The position numbers and the translations under genes were made by a program. Below, piece by piece: positions 1 through 13,381 of a stretch of 64,000 nt of DNA (its first letter is position 1; the number at the start of each line of letters is the position of its first letter). Source of the stretch: Chiloscyllium plagiosum. Taxonomy: Eukaryota. The stretch is taken from the NCBI RefSeq assembly GCF_004010195.1, contig NC_057750.1:16074550-16138549 (forward strand), read 5' to 3'. Below the pieces are notes generated by a model. The model had not been told where the DNA came from, did not search any database, and saw only the letters and a list, made by a program, of their open reading frames with translations.

Positions 1-3000
1 CAGGTTATAGAGTAAATTCATTCTCAGCAGATGCTGCTAATTTACTAGCAGAGGCGTGTTGACAAGCAAACAAGATAGCAAGTGCAAAATTAACCTGTCA
101 GTGTCAGCAAGGTGTAGAACTTGTCAACAAGATTTATATTATGATCAGCTAATGTGTTGACTGTTAGCTTTGGGGTTTAACATTGCAGGGTTAATATTTA
201 GGATTATGTGATAGAGAAATATGAATAAAAAGGTTCAAGTAAAGCTGAAGTATTCACCTTGTGGTGGAAAGAAGGACGGTGCATTCTGGTGAGTTAATCT
301 TGGATGTACTCAATGCAACATAGATATGACCTAGGGCAAAATGGAATGGGTTTTGTTTTGTTGGGCTGCGTTAAAATCCTGTAGTGTTACATATACAATA
401 AATAATTTAATAATGTGGATTTCGACCTGATACTAGGAGTGTGGATAACCTGATTTCCAATATGAAGACTGTCTGGAGCTTACTTTGCAATGATGCTGTC
501 TAAAAGAGCGATAGCTGTATTAGTGTTGGGATTGCAATGACCTTGTACAGTTCTGCCAAATATATTTTTGTTACGCATATAGTATAGTGAATTATCTGTG
601 GTGTACTCCATTGGTGTAATTAACATTTATTACACAAGGTTGTATGCTTTTTGACCTTATGATACCATTCAGTATCTAGTATGGAGCAGCTGGCTGACGT
701 CACATAGTGCAATATTCTAAGTTGTATTTACATTGTGTTTCAATTGTACAATATTTGATACTTTGAATGTTTGACAGGTATATTCCAATATTCGGGCTCA
801 TGGAGTTATAAAATGCAGGAGCACTGATGCCATAGAAGCTGTTGATCAGGTTCTCAGCCTTTTTAAATTCACTTCCCAAGCATTTGTTCTATATCATTAA
901 CATTTTGGAGATGATGTCCTTTTTTAATGAGGTGTATTTATATATTTTATGTACAAATTACTAAGGATCTGTATAAATTGTTTGCTTTTCTTCATTTCAA
1001 AATATGTGTGGGGTATTTGAAATGTCCTCTTCTTGGACGACACGTAAGTGTAATCAACAAGCCATTTATTATAAGTTAACAATCTTTAGCCGTGATTTAG
1101 TAATTCCCACACTTTTTATCAACTTTCATTTGAAGCACATTTTATCTTTGGTGCATGAGTATTATCACTGAAATAATTATGAAAGTTAACTTAAATTTAT
1201 TGTTTTTTAAAGTCTCATCAAAATAAGTCTTCCTCTTTTAAGAATTATTCTGTCTATAACTGATATTCAGAATAGAAAATGTCCAGAAAGATGAAGTTAA
1301 TTTGTGGACTTTTTGAAATCGTGTCCCTCGGACATTTTTAAGTGAATATGGTCAGTCATGGTGCCACCTTGTTTTTTTTTTGCCAGTCATTGAAAGGAGA
1401 AGCAAGGTATAAATTCCATACCACATATCCATTCTATGTTTCTTTCTTCACAAGATAACAGTTTTAATATACCAAATAGGAATCGTTCCATTTTAAGAAA
1501 TTTAAGCTACAAAAGTGGAGATAAATTCTTTGCACAGACAGTATTAACAAATGGAATATTCAGGAATGAGGAAGTTTAGTTTACAGATGGATCAAGTTCA
1601 CTGGTGACAAATAAAATTGCCATTTGGCTATTTTCACCAGCTTTACTGAAACACCAATTGTGATCCGATTTTGAGATGATGTGAAATGTGATTTACTACA
1701 TGTTAGTAAAAATATAGTATATCCACCATACAGAGAAATTGAACTGCAGTTTAATATTTAGGGTTGGCTAAAGTTTGAGCAATCTCTTTTACCAAGTCTG
1801 TATCTTCTGAAGTCCCAAGATGTTACCTATTCCAGAAGGTATCAGATGGGACAGTGTAGGCTGCATTGTTCATGCAGCATCACTATGCACTGTTGAAATG
1901 GGAAGAAATTGAAGGGCTTCTGTTCGTAATTCTGTAGCTGAGTGGTACTCTGACGTTTCACTGAACTAGTTTGGAATGGCACTTCATATGTGGTTTTACA
2001 GGGAACAGTATTATAATAGGGCTATTTGTACTGCAATCTTACTGCTTGTAACAATTGACATCTGAAGGGAAACTTCATACAGTGCAAGATCAGTTGCAAA
2101 TGAGAAGATCGTTTAAAAATTTAGGGTGACTGTAAATGAAACGTATTCTTTACACAGCTGTATTATCTCTTCAGTGAATTTGGATTTAATTTCATTTGGA
2201 TTCATTTTTGAGTGGCCAAATATGCAGCCTGTGCTTCCTTTGTGTGTGTGTCTGTATGTGTGCAGATGCCTTGATTTGTCTTGTATTGCAAACACATTTT
2301 AGGCAATTTATCCTTGGATTATTCAAATGGTTTGAGACTGCAAAATGATAATCAATTTTTGAAAAGGAAGAGCATTCAAAGTTACATTGAGAAGTCAGAA
2401 AAATGGCGCTTGGTGAATTACTCACTTGGAAAGCTCGTGCAGACATGATGGACTGAATGGCCTCCAGTGCCATAACAATTCTATGAATCTGTAATTTAAT
2501 TGTCATAGTTATGCTTTGTTTAAAAGTCCATCACTCTTTCAACTCGAGTGTTAATCACATCAAAGTAAGTGAGTTTGTTAAAACAGTACAATATGATTTT
2601 TTAAAAAAAAGATCATTGAGTTAGGTTTGCAGGCTTATACTCCTTGAAGTACACAGGATGAAAACCTCATGGCCAGTAGGCATTGCTGCTTTGATTTAAA
2701 TCCACTTTGTGACTCTGCTAACATTTAGTAACATTAGTGTGTTCAACAGTTTAAGATATCAAGTTGCACTTGTTTGTAATACGTTTAAACATTTTCCATG
2801 TACTATAGTGTGCCAATTCTGAAATGAATTAGATAAATTTGCAAAGATTTGAGTGGTTGCTCCAAAATGAATTTCAGTTGTCTTAATTCAGATCTTACCA
2901 GTACACACTGAATTCTTTATTGTGGATTGATTATTGATTAGATTTGATTGATGAAAAGACTGGGATTTTAATGGTTTGGCTAATGTATATACACAAAAAT

Positions 3001-3461
3001 AGTCAACCACATGTTCTCTTGGGCCAAATACAACTTCTGCACTGATTCCAAAACAGGTTTTATAACTGTTCTGCTAATATAGAAAGCAAACACAGCTAAT
3101 ATTTACAAAGTACTTTGCTATTTGACTTGTGGCAGCTAAAATTACCACACAAGAGATGTCCAATATACAAAGTGTTGCCTCATGCTGGGTCCAGCCTCTT
3201 CACACAGCTCCCACAAATCTGTTTTCCTTATGTGTAAAAGAAAATCAGTCTTTGTATTTATCTGTCTTTGAAATGATCGTATTAATTAGTTAACTATATA
3301 TCTTCCTTTAAACAAAAGATGCTATTTGAAGAGACATCACAGCATGCTGAAGAAACTTGTGTAAGTGTGTTATGTTGCATCCTTAAACCATCAATATCAC
3401 ATCTCATTTGTGATAGGTAGATTGTATTGTCATGTATCTTTCAACTTTTTAACCAACAACT

Positions 3462-3467
3462 AATAAA
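3462..3467 (+). terminator. Candidate polyadenylation signal of an unidentified upstream transcript
   Basis: AATAAA followed by a T/GT-rich stretch, at the end of a ~3.5-kb repeat-poor AT-rich region. Confidence 0.25.
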
Positions 3468-4087
3468 ACATACAATATTGACATTTTATTCTTGGTGATG
3501 GGTATGTCCTCTTAGTTTTTTTCAGGTTGTGATTAGCTATAGTGCTGGTTGGTTATTAGTCACGTTTTTGATCAAGACCTAGTGACCATTGCTAGAAATG
3601 TATGTACTAACCATTGAGGTTAGAATCAGGTTCTGTCATGATTGCTTCTTTGGTGAAGAAATTTATTGTCTAGGTCGCTGTCAAATAAAGAATTGTCAGT
3701 TGGACAAGATATTGAAGATTTGCTGCCACCTGTGAAATTATACATAATGTCAGAGCCATGGTAAAAGGAATAAATAGAGGGAGCGGGGAAGCTAAAAATC
3801 TGGGGAGTGGGGAGTCTCTAAGTTTTCAGTTGAGATACCATTCACTGAAATATCAAACGAGGTCAAGAAATAGGAATGGAAGAGATGGTGCACTACTTTA
3901 ATCCTAGCTGATAGAGTGGGAGACATTTGTAGGGTTATGGTGTAAGCGGGGCTATGGGACTAATCAGGATTGCTCTTTGAAAGGTGTAGTTGCTGGACAA
4001 GTTTTGGGGAGTCAGGAGATGACTTACTCAGTGCAGAATGCCCAGTCTCTGACCTACTCTTATAGTCTCAGTATTTGTATGTCTGGT

Positions 4088-4180
4088 CCTGAAGAAGGGC
4101 TTATGCCCGAAATGTCAATTCTCCTGTTCCTTGGATGCTGCCTGACCTGCTGCGCTTTTCCAGCAACACATTTTCAGCTG
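4088..4180 (+). mobile_element. Short Penelope-end fragment with a hammerhead-like core
   Basis: CTGAAGA-AGGGC ttat GCCC-GAAAtGTC followed by the same tail as 6749, 30165 and 40549. Confidence 0.7.
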
Positions 4181-5689
4181 AGATCAGTTATGATCAATAG
4201 TAACCCTCAGTAACAAAGAACTCTTATCTAGCAGCTCCAGCTCTGTAAAACTCAACTTCAATCACTGAAAGCCAAAACTAAAATCCTGGGTCTGTAAGAG
4301 CCTGGAGCCACCCACTCATGCCAACCCACTTTTGTCCAATTTTTTTTACATCCCATAAGTTATTTACTCTGCTTTCCATGGAGCAGACACACTTGGTATA
4401 ATTTTTTTACAACACTCCCCTTCATAAGAACGAAGACAGACAAATCCCTTTTAAAGGTGCATATTATTACATTGTACATGATTCTCAAAAACATTATGCA
4501 AGAAATTTAGAAGAGAAATGGAATGTTGGCATTAAATACTAAGGGTATAGATTAGAAAAGGGGCAAAGACTTTCTAAATTTCATAGAGCTTTAGTGAGAC
4601 TTTAATGAACTGAGGTGCTGTCCAACCAGATCCCACAGCTCAACTCTTACCCCAACAATTAAGATCAGTGATGAGATCTTGAAAAACTTGGATAATTTTC
4701 CATACTTAGAAGCAATTCTTAATGGAAGCTGACATAGATGACAAAATTAATTCATTACTCATAATATGCCAGATCAGCTGCTAGTTTTATGACACACTCA
4801 GGATTTAGTTGAACAAGACTAAAACCTACAAGACAACTGAACATATTTTGATGTTGTAAATCCAGACATTTAAGTAAAAGAAGTGATAATTAAGAAACCA
4901 AGGCAGCAACATGACAACTTGTTGAGCCTTTACTTTCCATCTCAGCTTTGTGCAAATTTGGAGATATTGGTATTCTCAGTTCTTCTGCTGTGACTACTTC
5001 TATACTTATTTGTTTTCCCAAGCCACATGCTTCAGCTTGCTTTTATCAAATCTACAGTTTCCATCTCTGGGACATTTCTTTGTTTCTGAGCAGTTAGACT
5101 TGAACTCTGGGGTTTGAACCCTTTTTGATTGACCATCTCATGTTCAGAGCCAGCCTAGCTGCTGAGTAGCTGAAGACATTTTGTGCTCAATGTCTAGTCT
5201 GTTCTCGATCTATAAAGTGCCTCATCTACAGATGAGATGCTGTTTTCTTCAATTTGTATTCTGGTTCACTGGGATATTGCTGTTAGATGAGCACAACAAT
5301 GATAACGAGAACACAAGGGTGAATTGGTAAGCGACTGAAGATTGGGATCATACTTCCTTTCCGCAAAATGATTGCCCAGTTTGGGTTTGATCTCCCCAGT
5401 GTTGCTTTATCTACTTACTTTATCTAACTGTAAAATCTGATGTTAAAGACAATTGAAATCTGACAATGGACTTGAAAAGACAGAGTTTTTACTTTTACAA
5501 AATTAAGCAATATTCTAACAAAATAAAGCAAAGAATTGCAGATACTGGAAATCTGAAACAAAAAACATAACTGTTGGAGAAACTTTGCAGGTCTGGCAGC
5601 ATCTTTGGAGAGAAAGCAGAGTTAATGTTGAGTTGAGTGACCATTCTTCGGAACAGGAAGGTCAGCTTAAGTCTTGAAACAAGAACCTT

Positions 5690-6060
5690 TGAATTAAATG
5701 TTACATCTGGTCAATTATAAATGTGAAACATGAAGCAGTGGTAAAGATGAAGAAGTTCAACAGCTTCATGTTGTGATGCTTAATAAGGATCCTAAGGGAA
5801 GCTGAGTCAAGAAAAGAATTAACAAAGGAGTATTGAATGAGACAGGAAAAACAAGAGAACTCATCAATAATATTGAGAATTACTAATTAAATTCTTTGGA
5901 CATATTATTCATACATTAGAGTTGACATAGCTAATCACCACCACAAAGAAGAATGGAAGAAGAACAAGAGGCCAACAGCAAAGGAAGCAGCTGTAAATCT
6001 TAAAGAGAGTGACTTAATCAGAACATTAGCAATGATTGGAAATATTTTAAACAATTCGAA
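5690..6060 (+). mobile_element. Ancient RTE-like LINE C-terminal remnant (another possible piece at ~4605-4780)
   Basis: The decayed translation ...VLNETGKTRELINNIE..*LNSLD/FFGHII...KKNGRRTRG resembles RTE ORF ends. Confidence 0.45.
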
Positions 6061-6445
6061 CATCTGTAAGCGTTCTATCCTTTACAGTCATTCAGCGTAA
6101 ACACTGCATTTTTGATGAGATGAGCTTTGCAAGTTCCCGAAGTTATGGAAAAAGGGGAAGAAACTCATTTCAGTATCAACCAAGGAGGTCATCAAATGTA
6201 TGAACTGGGAGTAGTCCATTTGACCTACTCAAGCCTGCTCCATTATTCAATAACATAATGGCTGATCTGACTGGCCACATTACATGTCCCAAACTGCCCT
6301 GACATCAAACCACAGTTTTTAACAAAAAAGCCATGTTACATTTAAAGGACGTTGATTATCTTTGATTTAATTGCTTCCTCTTAAAAATAATTCTGATTAA
6401 AACTGGTCAGTAGCCCATATTTGTATATTTTTATTTTATTTAAAT

Positions 6446-6895
6446 TATTCATTCACAGGACATGGATCCCACTGGTTAGGCCAATCTTTATTGCCCATTC
6501 CTAATTGCCCAAAAAGCACTTGAGTTAACCACATTGCCGTGCATCTGGTGGAGCCACATGTAAGCCAGACTGGGTAAGGATGGCGATATTTTTCCCAAAA
6601 GGACATTAGTGAACCAGATGGGTTTTTCTTGAAAATCAATAACAGTGTTATGTTTATCATTGGATTCTTAACCCTTGAATTTTTAAAAAATTGAATTCAA
6701 ATTCCACCATCTGCCGTTGTGGAATTTGAATTTGGGTCCCCTGCACATGAAGAAGGGCTTATGCCTGAAACGTCGATTCTCCTGCTCCTCGGATGCTGCT
6801 TGGCCTGCTGTGTTTTTCCAGCACCACATTTTTCAACTCCCCTGCACATTGTCTAGGTCTTAATAATTGGGTGATAATCTAACAAAGCCATTGCT
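6446..6895 (-). mobile_element. Older tRNA-headed SINE (DeuSINE/SacSINE1-like; family name unverified). Further copies at ~7290-7745, ~39655-39860, ~50965-51215 and ~51770-52110
   Basis: The copies share GAGTCACATGTAGGCCAGAC..., GGACATTAGTGAACCAGATGGGTTTT and TTGAATTCAAATTCCACC...GGATTTGAAC blocks. Confidence 0.65.
6749..6837 (+). mobile_element. Short Penelope-end insertion with a 12-bp TSD
   Basis: GAAGAAGGGCTTATGCCTGAAACGTC..., flanked by TCCCCTGCACAT at 6737-6748 and 6838-6849. Confidence 0.8.
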
Positions 6896-7571
6896 TCCTT
6901 TTTGAAGAAATAAATTGTTCTGCAGAGTCCCAAATAAAATGCAGCTAGATATAACTGTTTGATCTGAAATTATGACTGAGAATTTTCACTTTCAAGAGTC
7001 AACAGAAACACAAAGAGGCAGTTGGACACCCAGACTTAACCCTATAGAAAATGTATATTTTACATCTGCACTTATCCTTATCAAATGAAGTCTCTATTAG
7101 TTTTTTTCTTTCAAAACTAAACTATTGTAACCATTCAATTAAAGTTGGGGGAGAGCTTATGCTCATTTTAACATAATATTCTGAATGTATTTTGGTTTAT
7201 TGGAAAATACAAATGGGGCTTTTATTGTGGAACGGCAAGAGATAATGCCATCATTTTCATAAGGAATTTTATTGATTTTTTTTTAGAAATTTCAAGGAAT
7301 GAAAGTGTTGCTGACCAGACCAGCGTTTGTTGCCCATCTCTGATGGCCCATAGAGCAGTTAGTAATCAACCATATTGTTGTGAATTTAGAGTCACATTTA
7401 GGCCACATTGGCACATTACCTTCCCTAAAGGACATTGATGAAACAGATGGGTTTTTAATGGCAATCAGCTCTGATTACATGGGTGCCATTAGCTTGTTTA
7501 AATTGTAGATTTTTATTGAATTCAAATTTCCCCATCTGTGCTGGGACTTGAACTCATGTCCTCAGAATATT

Positions 7572-7676
7572 TCTGGGGAGTTCAGAAGAAGGGTCACTGG
7601 ACTTGAAACCTTTGCTCTGCTTTCTCTGCACAAATGCTACCAGACCTGCTGAGTTTCTCCAGTAATTTCTGTTGTT
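7572..7676 (+). mobile_element. Short Penelope-end insertion (second subfamily) with a 13-bp TSD
   Basis: CAGAAGAAGGGTCACTGGACTTGAAAC..., flanked by TCCTCAGAA(T/C)ATT at 7559-7571 and 7677-7689. Confidence 0.75.
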
Positions 7677-8271
7677 TCCTCAGAACATTAGACTGGGGTC
7701 CTGTATTACAACTACAGTGACACTACCAGCTTGCCATTGCCACCTCCTAAATGATATTTGTGTCTTGCACTAACTCGTTGGCAGCTCCTCATCATTTCCT
7801 CCTCTTCATATTCCTTCCTTATGATGTGAATATTCCATAATTTCCAGGTGTTTTTCTTTCCCCATTATCAAAGCAGTAACCGTTGATTACTATGGCAATT
7901 ACTCCAATGATTCCACCATTTAAAAAGATCTAATATTGCCTGAATAGATGGTTAGCACAACTGTCTTCGCTGATTCTGCCTATTGAAATTCTGCCAAGAA
8001 TAGATTGGTTGAGGAGGATAGTTAACAATTTTCCAGCTGATTTATAGATTCTTCCAATAAACTGTTTTGGACTAAATTAATCAGCTCATTATCTGGAAGT
8101 AGATACCACTTAAAATTAACCTGACTCCCTTCTGTCAATCTTTGACACTGATGGACTGTAACTATTGTCAGCAATGGAAACAAGTAAGAACTCAACTTCA
8201 GCAAGCGTTTCTTCTGTTAGCTGTTTTATGAACGGGGGAAAACCACAAGAGTAGTTTCCTCATTTGCACAT

Positions 8272-8692
8272 AGAGTCAAAAACATAGATGGCAGGGAAAC
8301 AGACTCTTCGGTCCAACTTGTCCATGCCAACCAGATATCCTGAATTAATCTAGTCCCATTTGCCAACACATGGTCCATATCCCTGTAAATCATTCCTATT
8401 CATGTACCCATCAGATGCCTTTTAAATGTTGTAATTGTACCAGCCTCCACCACTTCCAGTGGCAGCTCATTCCGTATACACAGTACCCTTTGCATGAAAA
8501 AGTTGCCCCTTAGTTCCCTTTTAAATCTTTCCCCTCTCAGCCTAAATTTATGCCCTCTAGTTCTGGATTCCCCCAATCCAGGGAAAATACCTTGTCTGTT
8601 AAAACTATCCATGCCCCTCATGATTTTATAAACCTCTATGTGGTCACCCCTCAGCCTCTAATGCTCCAAGGAAAACAGCCCCAGCCTATTCA
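8272..8692 (-). mobile_element. CR1-clade LINE 3' end
   Basis: ORF 8400..8621(-), ...ESRTRGHKFRLRGERFKRELRGNFFMQRV..NELP, is a typical CR1 ORF2 C-terminus, followed by the 3' tail. Confidence 0.88.
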
Positions 8693-9917
8693 TGTTCAAA
8701 AACAGATGCATTCTTAAATTGTTCTGGCTTCCTTGAATGACAAGAACCTGTTTTCAAAAAGATCAAAAACAAATAATGTTTTTGTAAGTTTTGAAAAGTT
8801 TAAATGTTTATTGTTCAGCCATGAGTATTTTCTCAGTCACAGCCAGTTACACACAGAAGAAAATATTGTGATTACGAAAAATGTACCTTGTACTTTAAAG
8901 TTCATACCTCTCTGTCACACTTGATTTTTCTGATATATTGAAGCATTGCAGTTTCTTCAGTACAAAAATGTCTGGAAGTTTAAGGAGATGAATTTGTTGT
9001 GGTTTATTGCTCACAGTAGCACATTTCTCTTGATCCACTCTGGTTGGGGACCAATTGAACCTTGCAGTGGAAAACTTTGGTTCCACAGATAAAGAGGGAA
9101 AGACCTGTTATGATTCTGTTCCTTCGCTTGTCTGGATCTTTCTCCCTTATTGTTCCAAAAATGCACTGCATTGAATATCCTCACCTGAAAATCTAGTTTC
9201 TATCATGCGACAAGAGTGTTTTTGTCTATTATCCTCATGAATGGCTTCCAATGACTTGGATTTGACACACAAAAGGGTCTGAGTTTCATCCACTCATGTT
9301 GTGATAGAAAAGGGTTTGTTCCAACCCCATCCTTTATAATTCCACTCCAAACCTGAAACACCTGCAAGCAGTATTGTGAACCAGTTTCTTTAACTATCTA
9401 TAAACATAAATACAGAATAGGAACTGAAGTAGATCATTTGGCCCCTTCGGTTCTCTCTGTCCTTCAAGATCATGGTTGATCTGTTTGTGTTTTGAATTCC
9501 ATTTTCCCTTCAAACCCCATAATCCTTGATAGTCCTGCATAATAAGTATCTATCTACCTCAATGTTAATTTAGATTAGGGCAGACATTAACCACAGGAAA
9601 GGTGTGTTGCATTTTAATTACTTCTCAAAAGTAGTTTCTGAAAGTTTAATTGCGTTTGAATGTCTTAGAGATGTGAGAATTAGTTCCAGGGCTTTGTGTA
9701 GTTTGCTGCATGTTAACAAGAAGGATGGTTGCGACTCATCTCCATTTTTTTGTTGTAAGTATTTATTCTCCATGCTTTTTAGAGTAACATATCCATTTCG
9801 AATTTCTGCCCTATGAATTTGTATTGCATGTCTGCGATAACTGCAACAATTGGAATATGTTGAAAAGTAGCAACTTTTCTAAAAGTATGCAAAATTGAGT
9901 GTGTTGATTTTATGATG

Positions 9918-10215
9918 AGATTAGATTAGTTACAGTGTGGAAACAGACCCTTCAGCCCAACAAGTCCACACCGACCCACCGAAGCGCACCCACCCAGATC
10001 CATTCCCCTACATTTACCCCTGCGCCTAACACTACGGGCAATTTAGCATGGCCAATTCACCTAAACTGCACATTTTTGGACTGTGGGAGGAAACCGGAGG
10101 AAACCCACGCAGACACATGGAGAGCGTGCAAACTCACACAGTCAGTCGCCTGAGGCGGGAATTGAACCCGCGTCTCTGGTGCTGTGAGGCAGCAGTGCTA
10201 ACCACTGTGCCACCC
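9918..10215 (-). mobile_element. HE1-type tRNA-derived V-SINE
   Basis: Reverse complement of the element at 54691: tRNA-like head, central GGAGTTTGCAC...GGTTTCCTCCC domain, CR1-like tail and (TAATC)n end. Confidence 0.88.
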
Positions 10216-10736
10216 ATGACAACTGGCCTTGTTCTGCATTTACCTCGAATCATGGTTGACTGACAGCTGCTTGTAAATTCCATGCTCTACCCAAGGTCAG
10301 ATACAACAACTTAAATTTATGTAACGCCGTTAAACGTCCCAAAGTGCTTCACAGGCACATCATAAAGCAAGTTTGACAATGAATCAATTACAGTGATATT
10401 AAACAGAAGATGACCAAAATCTTGGTTGAAGAGGCACAATTAAGAAGTGCCTCATAGAATGAAAGCGAGGTACAGTAGTATAAAAAAGGAATTCCAGAGC
10501 TTGGGACTCAGGTAACTGAAGGCAGAGCCACTAGTGGTAGAGTGATTAAAATTGGGAATGCACAGATGGCAACATGATATTGTTGGTGGTAAATATTCAA
10601 ATATGAACTCTACTAGGATGATATGGATTTAGACTTTAATGCCATATACTCAAGTACAGGACTACAGTGAAATGTATAATGTCACTATATATGGTGCCAT
10701 CTTAGGTGCAAAGATACCTAGATACAAAAAAAACTT

Positions 10737-11236
10737 NNNNNNNNNNNNNNNNNNNNNNNNNNNNNNNNNNNNNNNNNNNNNNNNNNNNNNNNNNNNNNNN
10801 NNNNNNNNNNNNNNNNNNNNNNNNNNNNNNNNNNNNNNNNNNNNNNNNNNNNNNNNNNNNNNNNNNNNNNNNNNNNNNNNNNNNNNNNNNNNNNNNNNNN
10901 NNNNNNNNNNNNNNNNNNNNNNNNNNNNNNNNNNNNNNNNNNNNNNNNNNNNNNNNNNNNNNNNNNNNNNNNNNNNNNNNNNNNNNNNNNNNNNNNNNNN
11001 NNNNNNNNNNNNNNNNNNNNNNNNNNNNNNNNNNNNNNNNNNNNNNNNNNNNNNNNNNNNNNNNNNNNNNNNNNNNNNNNNNNNNNNNNNNNNNNNNNNN
11101 NNNNNNNNNNNNNNNNNNNNNNNNNNNNNNNNNNNNNNNNNNNNNNNNNNNNNNNNNNNNNNNNNNNNNNNNNNNNNNNNNNNNNNNNNNNNNNNNNNNN
11201 NNNNNNNNNNNNNNNNNNNNNNNNNNNNNNNNNNNN
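10737..11236. other. Assembly gap (500 N)
   Basis: Run of N; the round number suggests a placeholder size. Confidence 1.
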
Positions 11237-12275
11237 TACTTGTGTGGGGGATGTTTGACCATAATACAATTTCTCCTTGAGGTGGAATGTGATGTAGTTT
11301 ATTCTATGACTCGGGTCCTGAATCTAAATAAAGGAATCTACAATGATGTAAGGCGTGAGTTGGCTATGATAGATTCTGAAAAGTTACTTCAAGAGATGAC
11401 AGGAGAGAGGCAGTGGCAAACATTTAAAGAGTGCAGGGGTGAACTGCAACAATTGTTCATTCCTGACTGGCACAAAAGTGAGAAATATGGCCATACTGTG
11501 GCTTAGAAGGGAAATTAGAGATCGGAGATTGTATTAGATCCGAGGAAGTGGCAAGCAAATTGGCCAGGAAAAACAACCGACCTGGAGTGGGAGAGCTTAA
11601 AATTTAGCAAAGGGAGACACAGGGATTGATTAAGAAAAGGAAAAAGGAGTACAAGTGTAAGCTTATGGGGAACATTAAAACTGACAGTAAAAGTTTCTCT
11701 AAGTATGGGAAGAGAAAAAGATTGCTGAAGACAAATGTAGGGACCTTACAGGCAAAAATAGAAATTTATAATGGGGACCAAAAAAATGGCTGACCAATTA
11801 AATACACACTGCGGTTCTATGTTCACAAAAGATGACACAAATAACATACCAGAAATGTTGGGGAATATAGGGTTAAGTAAGAGGGAGGAACTGAACAAAA
11901 TCAGTATTAGTTAAGAAACCTTTAAAATTACAGGAATAAATATGGTGAATGTAAGAAAGACGTTCCTGATAGCCGGGGAGTCCAGAAACGGGGGCAACAA
12001 TCTAAGGATATAGAAGTAAACCACTTAGGACTTAGATGATAAAAACTTTTCTTCACCCAGAGAATGGTGAGCCTGCGAAATTCGCTACTACAAGAAGTAG
12101 TCAAGGCCAAAACATCACAATGATTTCATGAAGGCGTTGATATCTCATTTGGAGCAAGGAATTAAAGGATATGGGAGAAAATGGCAACATTGTGATTAGC
12201 CGTAATCACAATGAATGGTGGAGAAGGTTTGAAGGGCCAAATGGCACATTCCTGTTCCTGTTTTCTATGTTTCTC
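11237..12275 (+). mobile_element. CR1-clade LINE remnant, internally deleted
   Basis: DHNTI..., VLNLNKGIYNDVRRELAMIDSE...WQTFK region, then TTCTTCACCCAGAGAATGGTG and a GAAGGGCCAAATGG tail. Confidence 0.78.
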
Positions 12276-13084
12276 TTCGATGAGTGGAGCTTATCCCATG
12301 AAGTCAGTTAACCCTTTCAGCTACTAAGTGTTGCACACAGCTGTTGAAAAGACAAATATCTCAAAATCAAAGCAAAGTAAAATCTGAAATTCATCTGCTC
12401 AATTTAAACATGGGACAAATTGTACATATGAATTTATTCAGAGAGATATTTGTTAACATAATTAACAAAAATGTTCAGCTTTCAAATAGGGCTGTCAGTC
12501 CTTCAGGATTATCATGATATCGCTAAAGAACTGGAGATTGATCTCTAAGGCCTTACAGCGAGTGGTTACTATGTCAACCCACTGGGAGTATACATAGGCC
12601 AGAGAGGCATTCTTTTCTTCAGTGTATTGTCATTCCTCAGGCTTTGTATTGCTGAATAGGGGGACTGGTAAGGGGATATAAACAGCAAGTCCTAACATAC
12701 TCTCTCGAAGGCCAGAGTGTCACTATCAAGCATTAATAAAATTTTGGTGGCCAACACGTTCCTCCCCTTTTCATGACCAGATGACCCGAGTATTTGTTCA
12801 TCAGAACAGCACAGGTTATCATGGAAGACATTGTAAACATATACATTTTTTAAAATGAGCTTAATTCATTTGAATGAATTTTCATTTTGGTTCCTTTTGG
12901 AAAATATTTTTAAAATGCTAATTCATGATTGGTCTTACTTATTTGTTAATTTGCATGTTTCATTTTGATTTATTTGCAATTAATTGGTGTTTTATGCAAT
13001 TTTATTTCAAAGCATTTCAAGCATATTCACAATATTTTTATGTTCAAGTTGTAATTCCTCAAATTATAGATTCATGGTCTTCAT

Positions 13085-13381
13085 GCATGGTGGCACAGTG
13101 GTTCGCACTGCTGCCTCACAGCACCAGAGACCCTCAGGCAACTGAGTGTGTGGAGTTTGCACATTCTCCCGGTGTCTACGTGGGTTTCCTCCGGGTGCTC
13201 CAGTTTCCTCCCACAATCCAAAGATGTGCAGGTTAGGTGAATTGGCCATGCTTAATAGCCCATAGTGTTAGGTGAAGAGGTAAATGTAGAGGAATGGGTC
13301 TGGGTGGGTTGCTTTTCGGAGGGTCAGTGTGGACTTGTTGGGCCGAAGGGCCTGTTTCCACACTGTAAGTAATCTAATCTA
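13085..13381 (+). mobile_element. HE1-type V-SINE (small internal deletion in the head)
   Basis: GGTGGCACAGTGGTT...GGCCGAAGGGCCTGTTTCCACACTGTAAGTAATCTAATCT. Confidence 0.88.

Noticed and set aside
10639..11506. Long ORFs of 183-266 aa
   Set aside because: Artefacts of translating through the N gap; the remainder is CR1.
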